From an uncultured bacterium (GTDB taxonomy: Bacteria; Elusimicrobiota; Elusimicrobia; Elusimicrobiales; Elusimicrobiaceae), in NCBI GenBank assembly GCA_949291365.1, contig CASEVJ010000011.1, forward strand, positions 23,661 to 87,660: 64,000 bases of DNA, in the 5' to 3' direction. The notes beneath the pieces are model-generated. The model saw nothing but the letters and a program-made list of their open reading frames with translations. It was not told the DNA's origin and searched no databases. Shown piece after piece: positions 1 to 9,812 of the stretch (position 1 is its first letter; every line of letters begins with the position of its first letter). Position numbers and translations under genes: made by a program.

Positions 1-74
1 GAATTTACTGACCGCCCGCTACGACTATGCCGTAGCGTTGGCGGAACTTAAAAAAGCGATGGGTACGAGATAAT

Positions 75-1325
75 ATGAAAATAAATATTTTTTCCGGTAT
101 GTGGAATTGGTTTAAACACAGTTCCAAATGGATCAAACTTCTCCTTTTGCTGGTGGTGTGTGCGGCGGGGTTTTTGGTATGGAAGTTTTTCTTCCAAGCG
201 CCGCCTGCACCGCTGTACCGCACGGCTGAAGTGAGAAAAGGCGACATAGAGGATATTGTGGAGGCCTCCGGTCCGATAGCCCCAGTGAACACGACTGAAG
301 TGGGGGCGCTGGTGTCGGGTGAGATTTTGGAAATCTATGTGGATTACAATACGCCGGTGAAAAAAGGCGATTTGATGGCTATTATTGACCCCACCCAAAT
401 CCAGGCCAATTATGACCAGGCCGTTGCCAGTCTTTCCTCTGCTAAAGAGGAGCTGGAATCGGCAAAAATGACCTATAATTTGGCCCAGATTAACTTAAAG
501 CGCTATCAGTCGCTCTATGATAAAGAATATGTGGCCAAGACGGATTTGGAGCAGTATGAGCTGGAGTTTGTAAACGCCAAAAGTTCTTTAAACTCTGCCG
601 AATCGCGCGTGATTCAGGCACAGGCCAGCTTGGACAGCGCCAAAAAAGACCTGGACAATACGCGCATCGTTTCCCCGGTGGACGGGGTGGTGCTGACCAA
701 AAAAGTAAGCGAGGGCCAGTCCTTGACGGCAGGTTATTCCACGCCAGAAATGTTTACGCTGGCGGAAGATTTAACCAAAATGCAGATTGAGGCCAAAGTG
801 TCTGAAGCTGACGTGGTGAAAATTAAAGAAGGCCAAACCGCCGAATTTACCCTGGACGGCTACCCTGATGAAAAATTTTCCGGCACGGTGCGCCAGGTGC
901 GTACTAATTACACGTCCTCTTCCAGTTCTTCTTCCAGCACCTCTTCCTCGTCTTCCACCACGTATACGGTGGTGATTGACGTGGATAATACGGACGGAAA
1001 ATTTATGCCTGGCATGACAGCCACCATTACCATTAAAACCACCGACAGGCAGGGCGTGCTGCTGGTGCCCAACGAAGCGCTGCGTTTCTCCCCTAGCACC
1101 AATATGGAAAAATTTGATACTACCGGTGTGTGGGTGCTGGAGCCGGGGGCCATGCAGCCGAGCCGTATACCGGTTAGCATTGGCATTATTTCGGAAAAAC
1201 GCACCGAGATTACCGACGGCGATTTGCAGGAAGGCCAGCGGGTTATTATATCTGAAAATAAAACCGGTGCAACAACTGCTGCTATGGGTGGCGGGCAGCC
1301 ACCGCGCCCGGGCCGGAGGAGATAA
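75..1325 (+). CDS. Efflux transporter periplasmic adaptor subunit (MacA-like membrane fusion protein)
   Basis: N-terminal TM; VGALVSGEI and IVSPVDGVV lipoyl-like halves flank a coiled-coil hairpin; EADV and FMPGMT motifs; ABC ATPase starts directly after its stop. Confidence 0.9.
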   Translation: MKINIFSGMWNWFKHSSKWIKLLLLLVVCAAGFLVWKFFFQAPPAPLYRTAEVRKGDIEDIVEASGPIAPVNTTEVGALVSGEILEIYVDYNTPVKKGDLMAIIDPTQIQANYDQAVASLSSAKEELESAKMTYNLAQINLKRYQSLYDKEYVAKTDLEQYELEFVNAKSSLNSAESRVIQAQASLDSAKKDLDNTRIVSPVDGVVLTKKVSEGQSLTAGYSTPEMFTLAEDLTKMQIEAKVSEADVVKIKEGQTAEFTLDGYPDEKFSGTVRQVRTNYTSSSSSSSSTSSSSSTTYTVVIDVDNTDGKFMPGMTATITIKTTDRQGVLLVPNEALRFSPSTNMEKFDTTGVWVLEPGAMQPSRIPVSIGIISEKRTEITDGDLQEGQRVIISENKTGATTAAMGGGQPPRPGRRR

Positions 1326-2012
1326 ATGAGTTTGATTGAAACCACAAATTTATATAAGACCTACGTCGTGGGCGATGTGGAAGTACATGCCCTGCAGGGG
1401 GTCAGCATTTCCATAGAGCGCGGCGAATTTGTGGCGGTTATGGGGCCTTCCGGCAGCGGCAAATCTACATTCATGAACATTTTGGGCTGTTTGGATAAAC
1501 CCACCCAGGGCAAATATATTTTGGACGGGATTGACGTGACCTCAACGGAGCTTTCTAAGCTGGCCGGCGTGCGCAACCGCAAAATCGGCTTTGTGTTCCA
1601 GGGGTTTAATCTCATCAGCCGTACAACTGCGGTAGAAAATGTGGAGCTGCCCATGGTGTACAATCATACTCCGTCCCATCTGCGCCGTGAAAAAGCCATG
1701 GAAGCGCTGACGGCCGTCGGGTTGGAAAAGAGGGCCTTTCACATGCCTAACCAGCTTTCCGGCGGGCAGCAGCAGCGCGTGGCGATTGCGCGCAGCTTGG
1801 TGTGTGACGCGCCCATTATCTTTGCCGATGAGCCGACCGGCAACCTGGATACGAAAATGAGTATAGAAGTGATGGATTTGTTCACCCGTTTAAATAAAGA
1901 AATGGGCAAAACTATTATCCTGATTACACACGAGCCCGACATTGCGCAGTATGCGGGTCGTTTGATTACCTTCCGCGACGGGCAAAAAGTAAGCGATGAG
2001 GTGAAAAAATGA
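1326..2012 (+). CDS. ABC transporter ATP-binding protein (MacB/LolD type)
   Basis: Walker A GPSGSGKS, signature LSGGQQQRV, Walker B IIFADEPTGNLD, H-loop ITHE. Confidence 0.95.
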   Translation: MSLIETTNLYKTYVVGDVEVHALQGVSISIERGEFVAVMGPSGSGKSTFMNILGCLDKPTQGKYILDGIDVTSTELSKLAGVRNRKIGFVFQGFNLISRTTAVENVELPMVYNHTPSHLRREKAMEALTAVGLEKRAFHMPNQLSGGQQQRVAIARSLVCDAPIIFADEPTGNLDTKMSIEVMDLFTRLNKEMGKTIILITHEPDIAQYAGRLITFRDGQKVSDEVKK

Positions 2013-3238
2013 TAGATACACTGCTTTCCGTTTTCCGCATTTCGGTCAAAGCCATTTTTGCTAACAAAATGCGCTCTGCGCTGACCAGCTTGGGCATTGT
2101 TATCGGCGTGGCGGCGGTAATTACCATGTTGGCGGTGGGCACCGGCACGCAGCAGAGTATGTCGGAGCGGTTTTCCCGCTTTGGCACCAACATTTTGTAT
2201 TTGCGCCAGCCGTGGGATTTGGACGAAAGCATTTCTTCCCCCAAAGACGTGACGATGGACGACGTGCGCGCCATACGCCGTTTGCCAGGAGTGGAAGCGG
2301 CGGCGCCATATATCAGCTCCGGCTTTGACGTCAAATACGGCTACACTTCCACCTCTATAGACGTGTTGGCCACGGATACCGATATTTTTAAAACCTATGA
2401 CTGGGAAATTGAAAAAGGCCGCGAATTTACCGAGCGGGAAGTGGACGATTACGCCCAAGTGGCTGTGTTGGGCGCTACCGCGGCGCAGACGATTTTCAAT
2501 GATGTGGATGCCGTAGGCAAAACGGTCATTTTTGATAATATTCCGTTTAAAGTGGTGGGCGTGATGAAGAAAAACGGACAGGGCGGCATGGGCTTTGATA
2601 TGGACGAAGGAACGCTTATTCCGTATACCACCGGCAAAGTAAAAATGAACACCGGCTGGAATAAAAGCGACCGCCGCGCATTAGACCGCGTTATTATCCG
2701 CGTAAAAGATTTCAACACCATAGAACAAACCAAAGAAGAAATAGCCAACACCGTGCGCAACACGCACAAAATACACCCGCTGGCGGAAGATGATTTTCAG
2801 CTGGACGACTTTGCCTCTTTTGTGGAAGAAGCCAAAGCCGCCAGCAAAACAATGGGTATTTTGCTGGGGGTGATTGGGGCAGTGTCTTTGCTGGTGGGCG
2901 GTATAGGCGTAATGAACATTATGTTGGTGTCCGTGACGGAGCGCACGCGCGAAATCGGTATCCGTATGGCTATTGGCGCCACCAGTGCTGATATCCGGCT
3001 GCAATTTCTGGCAGAAGCGGTGACGCTTTCCTGCATTGGCGGGTTAGTAGGGGTGCTCATTGGCATTGTGGCTACTTTAATTGTGGCGGCTAACAGTACT
3101 AGTATTCCGGCCCAGTTAAGTATCCCCTCTATTTTTATTGCGTTTGGCTTTTCCGCGGCGACAGGTATTTTCTTTGGGTATTATCCGGCGCATAAGGCCT
3201 CTAAATTAACGCCAATAGACGCCTTACGCTACGAGTAA
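2009..3238 (+). CDS. ABC transporter permease (MacB/FtsX type)
   Basis: RSALTSLGIVIGVAAV start, GGIGVMNIMLVSVTERTREIGIRMAIGA, C-terminal PIDALRYE; overlaps ATPase stop (ATGA). Confidence 0.95.
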   Translation: MIDTLLSVFRISVKAIFANKMRSALTSLGIVIGVAAVITMLAVGTGTQQSMSERFSRFGTNILYLRQPWDLDESISSPKDVTMDDVRAIRRLPGVEAAAPYISSGFDVKYGYTSTSIDVLATDTDIFKTYDWEIEKGREFTEREVDDYAQVAVLGATAAQTIFNDVDAVGKTVIFDNIPFKVVGVMKKNGQGGMGFDMDEGTLIPYTTGKVKMNTGWNKSDRRALDRVIIRVKDFNTIEQTKEEIANTVRNTHKIHPLAEDDFQLDDFASFVEEAKAASKTMGILLGVIGAVSLLVGGIGVMNIMLVSVTERTREIGIRMAIGATSADIRLQFLAEAVTLSCIGGLVGVLIGIVATLIVAANSTSIPAQLSIPSIFIAFGFSAATGIFFGYYPAHKASKLTPIDALRYE

Positions 3239-3649
3239 GTTTTGCCTGTTGCACATACATACGGCCCGGTTGGTATACCGGGCCATTTTTATGCAGTGCC
3301 TGCCGGCGGGGCATCGTTTCAAAGCCGTGCGTGTTGCCGTTCTAAAAAATTTAAAAATACGCAAGGATGTATTTTTGGGTTATTTCCGCAAGAGTAGAGC
3401 AGGAATAGACAGGGTTCCCAGCCGCCGGATTTTGGATAGGCGCAGAATGTCTGCCGGGCAGGCGGACTGTGCTCAGGCGGGGCTCCGGCTGGCAGAAACG
3501 AGGCAAAAATAATCTTTTTCTTTGCTTGCGGCTTGCTTTAATTTTGCTACAGTAATAGAAAGCTCTCGTCGTGAAAAAGGCGGGAAAAATTTTAAGAAAA
3601 AACTGCAATAAAAAAACGCTTTCTGGGTTTATATAAGAGTGGAGACGAC

Positions 3650-4210
3650 ATGAACGGGCAAAGTGATGATGAATTGGTAGTCGGTTTCCAAAACGGAGAC
3701 GAAGGGTGTTTTAATGAGCTGGTATATCGGTACAAAAATATGCTGTACCAGTATATCATGGTCATGGTGCGCGACGAAGGCGCCGCCGGCGATATTTTTC
3801 AAGAAGTGTTTTTGAATTTTTACCGCCGTATCCATGACTACCAGCCGGAAGGAAAACTGAAAAGTTATCTTTTCACGTCGACGCGGAACCGGATTTTGAA
3901 TTATTTCCGCGACAAAGACAAGCTGGTTTCATTAGATGACACCGATGAAGAAGGAAATCCGTATTGGCATGACGAACTGCCCGGCAATGACCCACAGCCG
4001 CTGGAAGGGCTGGAAAAAGCCGAGCTGGCCCAGCGCATACGCAATGCGTCTTTGCGTTTGCCGCCGGCCCAACGGGAAGCGATTTATTTAAAGCAGTATA
4101 TGACGTTTAAAGAAGCGTCTGAACTCTTAAACCGCCCCCTCGGCACCGTATTGGCAGACCATCACCGCGGCATACGGAAAATGCAAAAGATGTTACAGAA
4201 CGAGGCATAA
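3650..4210 (+). CDS. ECF-subfamily sigma-70 factor
   Basis: 186 aa; region 2 (DIFQEVFLNFY...KSYLFTSTRNRILN) and region 4 (LPPAQREAI...TFKEASELLNRPLGTV). Confidence 0.9.
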   Translation: MNGQSDDELVVGFQNGDEGCFNELVYRYKNMLYQYIMVMVRDEGAAGDIFQEVFLNFYRRIHDYQPEGKLKSYLFTSTRNRILNYFRDKDKLVSLDDTDEEGNPYWHDELPGNDPQPLEGLEKAELAQRIRNASLRLPPAQREAIYLKQYMTFKEASELLNRPLGTVLADHHRGIRKMQKMLQNEA

Positions 4211-4212
4211 CC

Positions 4213-4620
4213 ATGAAAAACGAATGCGAAAACATGACCCTGTATTTCTACGGCGAATTGGAGCCGCAGCAGGCCGCCGCGTTCCAAGAACATTTGGCCC
4301 ACTGCCCGCATTGCCAGCGGGAAATGGCTTTCTTGCAGCAGACGCAGCAGGCATTAGTTCCCCCCGCCGCTCCGGAGCAAGTGGTACAAGGCGCATTGGC
4401 GCCGGCATTGGCGGGCAAAGGGTGGTGGCGGCGGGTGTTTAAACCGGCTTTGGCTACGGCCCTGGTGTTAGGGGCAGGCGTATTTCTTTTCATATCCGGC
4501 CCTTTTGGAAGCCGTTTTGATGATGACGGCCAAGAATGGATGGCCTATATTTCCGCAGAAGCTGATGAAGAATACAACAGTTTTGTAGCGGATTTTGAGG
4601 CCTTTGAAGAAAAATTTTAA
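4213..4620 (+). CDS. Zinc-binding anti-sigma factor (zf-HC2/ZAS)
   Basis: HxxxCxxC motif (HLAHCPHC), one TM, starts 2 nt after the sigma stop. Confidence 0.85.
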   Translation: MKNECENMTLYFYGELEPQQAAAFQEHLAHCPHCQREMAFLQQTQQALVPPAAPEQVVQGALAPALAGKGWWRRVFKPALATALVLGAGVFLFISGPFGSRFDDDGQEWMAYISAEADEEYNSFVADFEAFEEKF

Positions 4621-4641
4621 GAAGAAGGAGTAGGAGGAAAC

Positions 4642-5280
4642 ATGAAAAAATTATTGGTATTGGGCACATTACTCGTTTTTAGCACGGCTGCTTTTGCCGC
4701 TCCCAAATGCGAAGGCGATGACTGCCCGGTGAAAAAAGACAAAAAGGCCCGCCATGAAATGGTCATGAAAGGCGATAGATCAGACAGAAAAGCCAAACTG
4801 GAAGCCGACAAAGCCGAACGTAAGGCCCGCAGAGCCCAGTTTAAAGCCAATGAAGAAAAATTGGAAAAACTGGTCAAGGAATACAAAAAAGCCAAAGAAG
4901 GCAGCAAAAAGCAGGCCTCCGCTCGTGAAGAAATTGGCGAAGTATTAAACACCGTGCGTGACGAGCAAATTGAAATTCGCTCCGAGCAAATCAAAGTGTT
5001 TGAAAAACGCTTGGCGGACATGAGAGAAGCTTTGAATAAAGAGCAAGAGCCGGCCGCCAAGAACGCTTGGATTGAAAAAATGACGGATAAAGTCATCGCC
5101 GAAGACGGCGACTTGGGCGAAGCCCTGCGCAGCTATGGCCATATGCCCAAAGGCCCCCAAGCTCGTCCCGAAGGCCTTGCCGAACATCACAAAGGCCCTA
5201 AAGCCGGCCCTAGAGGCCCCTTGGGCCCGGACGGAGAGTTACCCCCTCCTCCGCCGCCGGCTCCGGAAGAAGTTAAATAA
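4642..5280 (+). CDS. Secreted coiled-coil protein (Spy/CpxP/ZraP-like architecture), function unknown
   Basis: Signal peptide ending AFA, charged helical body, Pro-rich tail; RBS GGAGG; third gene of the sigma operon. Confidence 0.75.
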   Translation: MKKLLVLGTLLVFSTAAFAAPKCEGDDCPVKKDKKARHEMVMKGDRSDRKAKLEADKAERKARRAQFKANEEKLEKLVKEYKKAKEGSKKQASAREEIGEVLNTVRDEQIEIRSEQIKVFEKRLADMREALNKEQEPAAKNAWIEKMTDKVIAEDGDLGEALRSYGHMPKGPQARPEGLAEHHKGPKAGPRGPLGPDGELPPPPPPAPEEVK

Positions 5281-5296
5281 AGAAATTCATATGAAT

Positions 5297-5323
5297 AAAC
5301 CCCCGCGTCCATGCGGGGGTTTT
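5297..5323 (+). terminator. Intrinsic terminator of the ECF operon
   Basis: CCCCCGC-gtccat-GCGGGGG followed by TTTT. Confidence 0.8.
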
Positions 5324-5446
5324 GTTGGGTAAGTTTTGTATTTTTGTAGAGTTTTGTACAAAGTGTTTGTTAATTTAAAATGTGGGCTCCTTGCTGGTGC
5401 TGCTTGTGGGGCTAGGTGTACAAAAGTCTTCTCTGTTGGCAATGCA

Positions 5447-5478
5447 GAAACCCCCGTCTGAAAAGACGGGGGTTTTTC
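5447..5478 (-). terminator. Intrinsic terminator (bidirectional shape)
   Basis: AAA-CCCCCGTCT-gaaa-AGACGGGGG-TTTTT, 13 nt beyond the lipoprotein stop. Confidence 0.8.
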
Positions 5479-5490
5479 TATAAAACTAGT

Positions 5491-5811
5491 TTAGTTTAAT
5501 ACTTCTTTCCAAGCGTCGGCTTCGTTTTGCAATTTTTGTTTGGATTCGTCTATTTTGCTTTGCACAGCTTGTTTGGCCAGCTCCGTAGAAAAGCTGGTGT
5601 TGTTGTTTTGGCTGGCTTCCGCGGCAGCTTTAGCGTCCTGATAGGCCTGTTTGGCGTCCATGAGTTTCTGGCGTGTTTCGGCAGATTTCTGCAGGGCTTC
5701 ATCCAAGGTCATCGGCGTATTGGCAGCGGAGGCGGAAGTGGAACCGCTGGTGGCACATCCAACGCCCAAGCACAGGGCGCCCAGTACAGTAAGAGTAAGC
5801 AGTTTTTTCAT
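5491..5811 (-). CDS. Small hypothetical lipoprotein
   Basis: MKKLL signal with lipobox-like LGVGC; start moved to ATG at 5811, after an AAGGG RBS. Confidence 0.8.
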   Translation of the reverse strand: MKKLLTLTVLGALCLGVGCATSGSTSASAANTPMTLDEALQKSAETRQKLMDAKQAYQDAKAAAEASQNNNTSFSTELAKQAVQSKIDESKQKLQNEADAWKEVLN

Positions 5812-6186
5812 GTTTTTCCCCTTCTGGTTAAGATATTTATATTTTATAAAAACTTTTGTGTTTAGGCGCAATCTTTTCTTAATTTTTTGCGTTTATTGTT
5901 TTTGGCGCCCGGGCGCAGACAAGAATGCGGCATCTGGCAGTATAGGACGGAAACGCTATGAAAAAATAGGTTGCGGGAGAGACAAGGGGGCGGTATTTGG
6001 CAGAAAATGTTGTTTCACAGGCAATAAAATGGCTGAAAAAGTAAAAAATGGGAGAAAAAAGAGGTTATTTTTATTTTTCTTTCCGACGACGATGAAATCT
6101 TTCAGCCAAAACTAACCCTTTTCCTCTCTTGTCCTACTGCGGTGCCAAATATTAGCGTAAAAAAATAAAACCATTCGAGGGTAAAT

Positions 6187-7422
6187 ATGCAAATAAAAAC
6201 AACGGCGGGTGTTGTTTTGGGTATTCTTTTGGGCTGTGGGTGTTCTCTTTGGGCGCAGGAGGTGGTCAATCTGACCCAGCACACCGCCAAACACCAGCGC
6301 GTGCTGGCGCGGGCGCATTTATTACACCATGATTCCCTGCAATCTTTTGGCAAAGAGTATTTGGGCTGGGAAGAAGAGGTAACAAAACACCTCGGTCTGC
6401 AGGTAGGGGCCGATATCAGCTACCTGCTTCAGCGAGGTGCCCCCAGCGGCAAACAAACCTCTATCCAGGGCTACTATTACCCTTATGTTACCTGGGATTT
6501 ATTTACCGACACGCGTTTTGGCTCCGGACAGATTAATTTTAACTATACCTATATTCACTATTGGAGTATACAGGGCACCACACTGCAAAACCGCCTAGGT
6601 TTATTATCAGCACAAAACGACTACACGGCAAACCAAGAGATTTTCTCCCAGCTTTCTTACACCCATACCCTTCCGGGGAAAATGGACTGGCTCTCTTTTA
6701 CCATAGGCCAGTTCCCCCTCTATAACTTTGACGGCTCCAACTATTTAGACAATCAGCAAACGGCGCTGTTTAATTATGCCCTGTCCCAAAACGCTACCTC
6801 GGTTTATCCAATAGCCAGCTTTGGCGGTTATGTGCAGGCCGCCCCGGGCAGCTGGACGCTGGCCGCCGGCTGGCAGGATGCCTCTAATATAGATGGGCAG
6901 ACCATACAGTTAAATCACGCTTTTGGCGGGTATTACACATGGTTTGGCTCCATCTCCTACAGCCCCACTATTAAGGGGTTGGGTGCGGGGCAATATTCTT
7001 TTCTGTATTATTACCAGCCGTCCGTGGCGGATCAGCCGGGCATAGGGCGCGGCTGGTCGTTTAACGCCAGCCAAAATTTTGGCAAAAAGTGGGCCGTTTC
7101 CGCCCGGGCCAACGGTTCAGACGGAAACATCAACCCCATTAAAAATTCCTACGCGCTGGCGCTCTCTTATTTAAATCCGCTTGAGCGCAATGAATTGGAC
7201 GTCATCACGTTGGGGGCGGTATATAACCGCGCTGACGGAGAAGCGTTGGGTTATCCTGCCGGCTGGCGCAGCGGGGAAACGGCGCTGGAGTTGCAATGGG
7301 TGTGGGGCATAGGCAAAATGCTGACCATTACGCCTGATGTGCAAATTTATCCGCGGGCTGCTTTAGGCAGCGGCGACCATATAGTCACGGTGGCCGGCCT
7401 GCGGACGACAATTATGCTGTAA
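6187..7422 (+). CDS. aaxA: OprB-family outer-membrane porin, AaxA-like
   Basis: Signal peptide, aromatic-rich beta-strand pattern and OprB-like central segment; first gene ahead of aaxB and aaxC, as in Chlamydia. The symbol rests mainly on synteny. Confidence 0.7.
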   Translation: MQIKTTAGVVLGILLGCGCSLWAQEVVNLTQHTAKHQRVLARAHLLHHDSLQSFGKEYLGWEEEVTKHLGLQVGADISYLLQRGAPSGKQTSIQGYYYPYVTWDLFTDTRFGSGQINFNYTYIHYWSIQGTTLQNRLGLLSAQNDYTANQEIFSQLSYTHTLPGKMDWLSFTIGQFPLYNFDGSNYLDNQQTALFNYALSQNATSVYPIASFGGYVQAAPGSWTLAAGWQDASNIDGQTIQLNHAFGGYYTWFGSISYSPTIKGLGAGQYSFLYYYQPSVADQPGIGRGWSFNASQNFGKKWAVSARANGSDGNINPIKNSYALALSYLNPLERNELDVITLGAVYNRADGEALGYPAGWRSGETALELQWVWGIGKMLTITPDVQIYPRAALGSGDHIVTVAGLRTTIML

Positions 7423-7449
7423 ACATACTGGTCATAAAAGGAGAAAACT

Positions 7450-8061
7450 ATGCAAGATATTCAATTGGGAACACGCTATCCCACCTTGGCGTTTATTTCC
7501 GGCGGGGCCGGACAGGCAGAGGACGGCATTCCGCCGCAGCCGTTTGAAACCTTTTGCTATGACTCTGCACTCTTGCAGGCCAAGATAGAAAACTTCAACG
7601 TGGTGCCTTATACTTCGGTGCTGCCTAAAGAGCTGTATCAAAACATCGTGCCGGTGGACGCAGTGGCCGACCAGTTTAAACACGGCGCAGTGCTGGAAGT
7701 GATTATGGCCGGCAACGGCGCCAATATTACCGAGCACAAAGCCATTGCCACCGGTTTGGGGGTATGCTGGGGCAAAGACAAAAAAGGCAACCTCGTTGGC
7801 GGCTGGGCGGCGGAATATGTGGAATATTTTGACACGCCTATTGATGATGAAATTGCCAAAGGCCATTGTGAGATGTGGCTCAATAAATCCTTAAAACACG
7901 AGCTGGAAATCCGCGGCGTGGAAAAACACAGCGAATTTCAGATGTGGCACAATTACATCAACATTACCAAACCTTTTGCGTACTGCTTGACTGTAATGGG
8001 ATTTTTAAACTTCAAATTCGCGCCGCTGGCGACTGCCAAAGGCGTTAAACCGATGGACTAA
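7450..8061 (+). CDS. aaxB: Pyruvoyl-dependent arginine decarboxylase
   Basis: GTRYPTLAF...[35 protein letters not shown] closely matches chlamydial AaxB as I recall it; the Thr-Ser self-cleavage site is intact. Confidence 0.92.
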   Translation: MQDIQLGTRYPTLAFISGGAGQAEDGIPPQPFETFCYDSALLQAKIENFNVVPYTSVLPKELYQNIVPVDAVADQFKHGAVLEVIMAGNGANITEHKAIATGLGVCWGKDKKGNLVGGWAAEYVEYFDTPIDDEIAKGHCEMWLNKSLKHELEIRGVEKHSEFQMWHNYINITKPFAYCLTVMGFLNFKFAPLATAKGVKPMD

Positions 8062-8079
8062 TGTTTTCTTGGGGGAGAT

Positions 8080-9549
8080 ATGGCAGAGAATAATGACTCG
8101 TCCGTTTCTGCGGTCAAAAAGCTGGGTATTATCGGTCTGGCCAGCATTGTTATCAGTTCTATGGTCGGGGGCGGGATTTTCTCCCTCCCCCAAAACATGG
8201 CCGCCGGCGCCAGCGCCGGGGCCGTGTTACTGGCGTGGATCATCACCGGGTTTGGTATGTATTTTATTGCCAATACGTTTAGCATTCTTTCCCGTGTGAA
8301 GCCGGATTTGACCGCCGGCATTTATATGTACACGCGGGAAGGGTTTGGCCCATATGCGGGCTTTACCATTGGCTGGGGCTACTGGCTGTGCCAAATTTTT
8401 GGCAACGTGGGGTATGCCGTTATCACAATGGACGCACTGAATTATTTTTTTCCGCCGTATTTCCAGGGCGGCAATAATTTGTGGTCTATTATCGGCGGCT
8501 CCATTTTGATATGGGTATTTAACTTTGTGGTGCTGCGCGGGGTGCGCCAGGCGTCGGTGATGAACATTATCGGCACGGTGGGCAAGCTGGTGCCGCTGTT
8601 CCTGTTTATCATTATTTTGCTCTTTAGTTTTCATCTGGATAAATTTGATTTTAACTTCTGGGGCAAAATGGCCGAAGGCGGCAAAAGCTTGGGCGGCTTG
8701 GGCACGCAGCTTAAAAGCACGATGTTGGTGACACTGTGGGCGTTTATCGGTATAGAAGGGGCGGTGGTGATGTCTAACCGCGCCAAAAGCCAAAGCGACG
8801 TCAGCAAAGCCACTATACTGGGTTTTTTGGGGTGCTTGGTGATTTATATTTTGCTTTCGCTGCTGCCGTTTGGGTTTTTAACCCAGCAGGAGCTGGCTTC
8901 TGTTGCAAATCCGTCCACTGCCGGCGTGCTGGAAAAAGTGGTCGGCCCGTGGGGTGCGTGGGTGATGAATATCGGGCTGGTGATAGCGGTGCTTTCCAGC
9001 TGGCTGGCCTGGACGATGATTACCGCCGAAATCCCGCAGGCAGCGGCGCAAAACGGCACATTCCCCAAGCAGTTTGCACGAGAGAATAAAAACGGCTCTC
9101 CCAGTGTGTCTTTGTGGGTGACCAGCATTCTCATGCAGTTGGCTATTTTAATGGTGTATTTCTCTAATAATGCCTGGAACACCATGCTTTCCATTACCGG
9201 GGTGATGGTGCTGCCGGCGTATATTGTCAGCGCGGCGTATTTGTGGAAGCTGGTAGAGGACGGCGAATACAGCCAAGTGGCCAAAAAGGGCCGTGCCGCG
9301 GCGCTGTTTACCTCTATTATCGGCACGGGATATGGCTTGTGGCTGGTGTATGCAGCGGGGCTGAAATATCTGTTCTTGGCGGTCATTTTTCTGGCGCTTG
9401 GGGTGCCGGTGTTTATCTGGGCGCGGCGCCAACAGCAAAACGGAAAACCCGTTTTTGCGGGCACAGGTGAAAAGGCGTTTATGTGTTTGCTTGTGCTGGC
9501 GGCCCTGGTGGCGGTGTATGTGTTTTCCCGCGGGCTAGTTAGTATTTAA
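8080..9549 (+). CDS. aaxC: Arginine/agmatine antiporter (APC family)
   Basis: [61 protein letters not shown]; many TM segments. Confidence 0.92.
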   Translation: MAENNDSSVSAVKKLGIIGLASIVISSMVGGGIFSLPQNMAAGASAGAVLLAWIITGFGMYFIANTFSILSRVKPDLTAGIYMYTREGFGPYAGFTIGWGYWLCQIFGNVGYAVITMDALNYFFPPYFQGGNNLWSIIGGSILIWVFNFVVLRGVRQASVMNIIGTVGKLVPLFLFIIILLFSFHLDKFDFNFWGKMAEGGKSLGGLGTQLKSTMLVTLWAFIGIEGAVVMSNRAKSQSDVSKATILGFLGCLVIYILLSLLPFGFLTQQELASVANPSTAGVLEKVVGPWGAWVMNIGLVIAVLSSWLAWTMITAEIPQAAAQNGTFPKQFARENKNGSPSVSLWVTSILMQLAILMVYFSNNAWNTMLSITGVMVLPAYIVSAAYLWKLVEDGEYSQVAKKGRAAALFTSIIGTGYGLWLVYAAGLKYLFLAVIFLALGVPVFIWARRQQQNGKPVFAGTGEKAFMCLLVLAALVAVYVFSRGLVSI

Positions 9550-9560
9550 AAATCCTTGTT

Positions 9561-9590
9561 AAAAAACCCCGCTTTTAAGCGGGGTTTTTT
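9561..9590 (+). terminator. Intrinsic terminator of the aax operon
   Basis: CCCCGCTT-tt-AAGCGGGG followed by T6. Confidence 0.85.
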
Positions 9591-9812
9591 ATACATGTTT
9601 TCCCCCAACTCTCCGTTTGCCAGCCGGAAACTGAACACCTCCCTCACCAAAGGACAATTGTTTTATATAAATACTCTTGTGGCGGGCACAAAAAGATAGA
9701 CGGGAATTGTTAAATAAAAATCCCCAGGCATAAGCCCGGGGATTTCTCATATTGACAAAATATAGGGGATATGCAAGAATAAGCATATCTTTGTTTTGGC
9801 ACAGGAGGAAAA

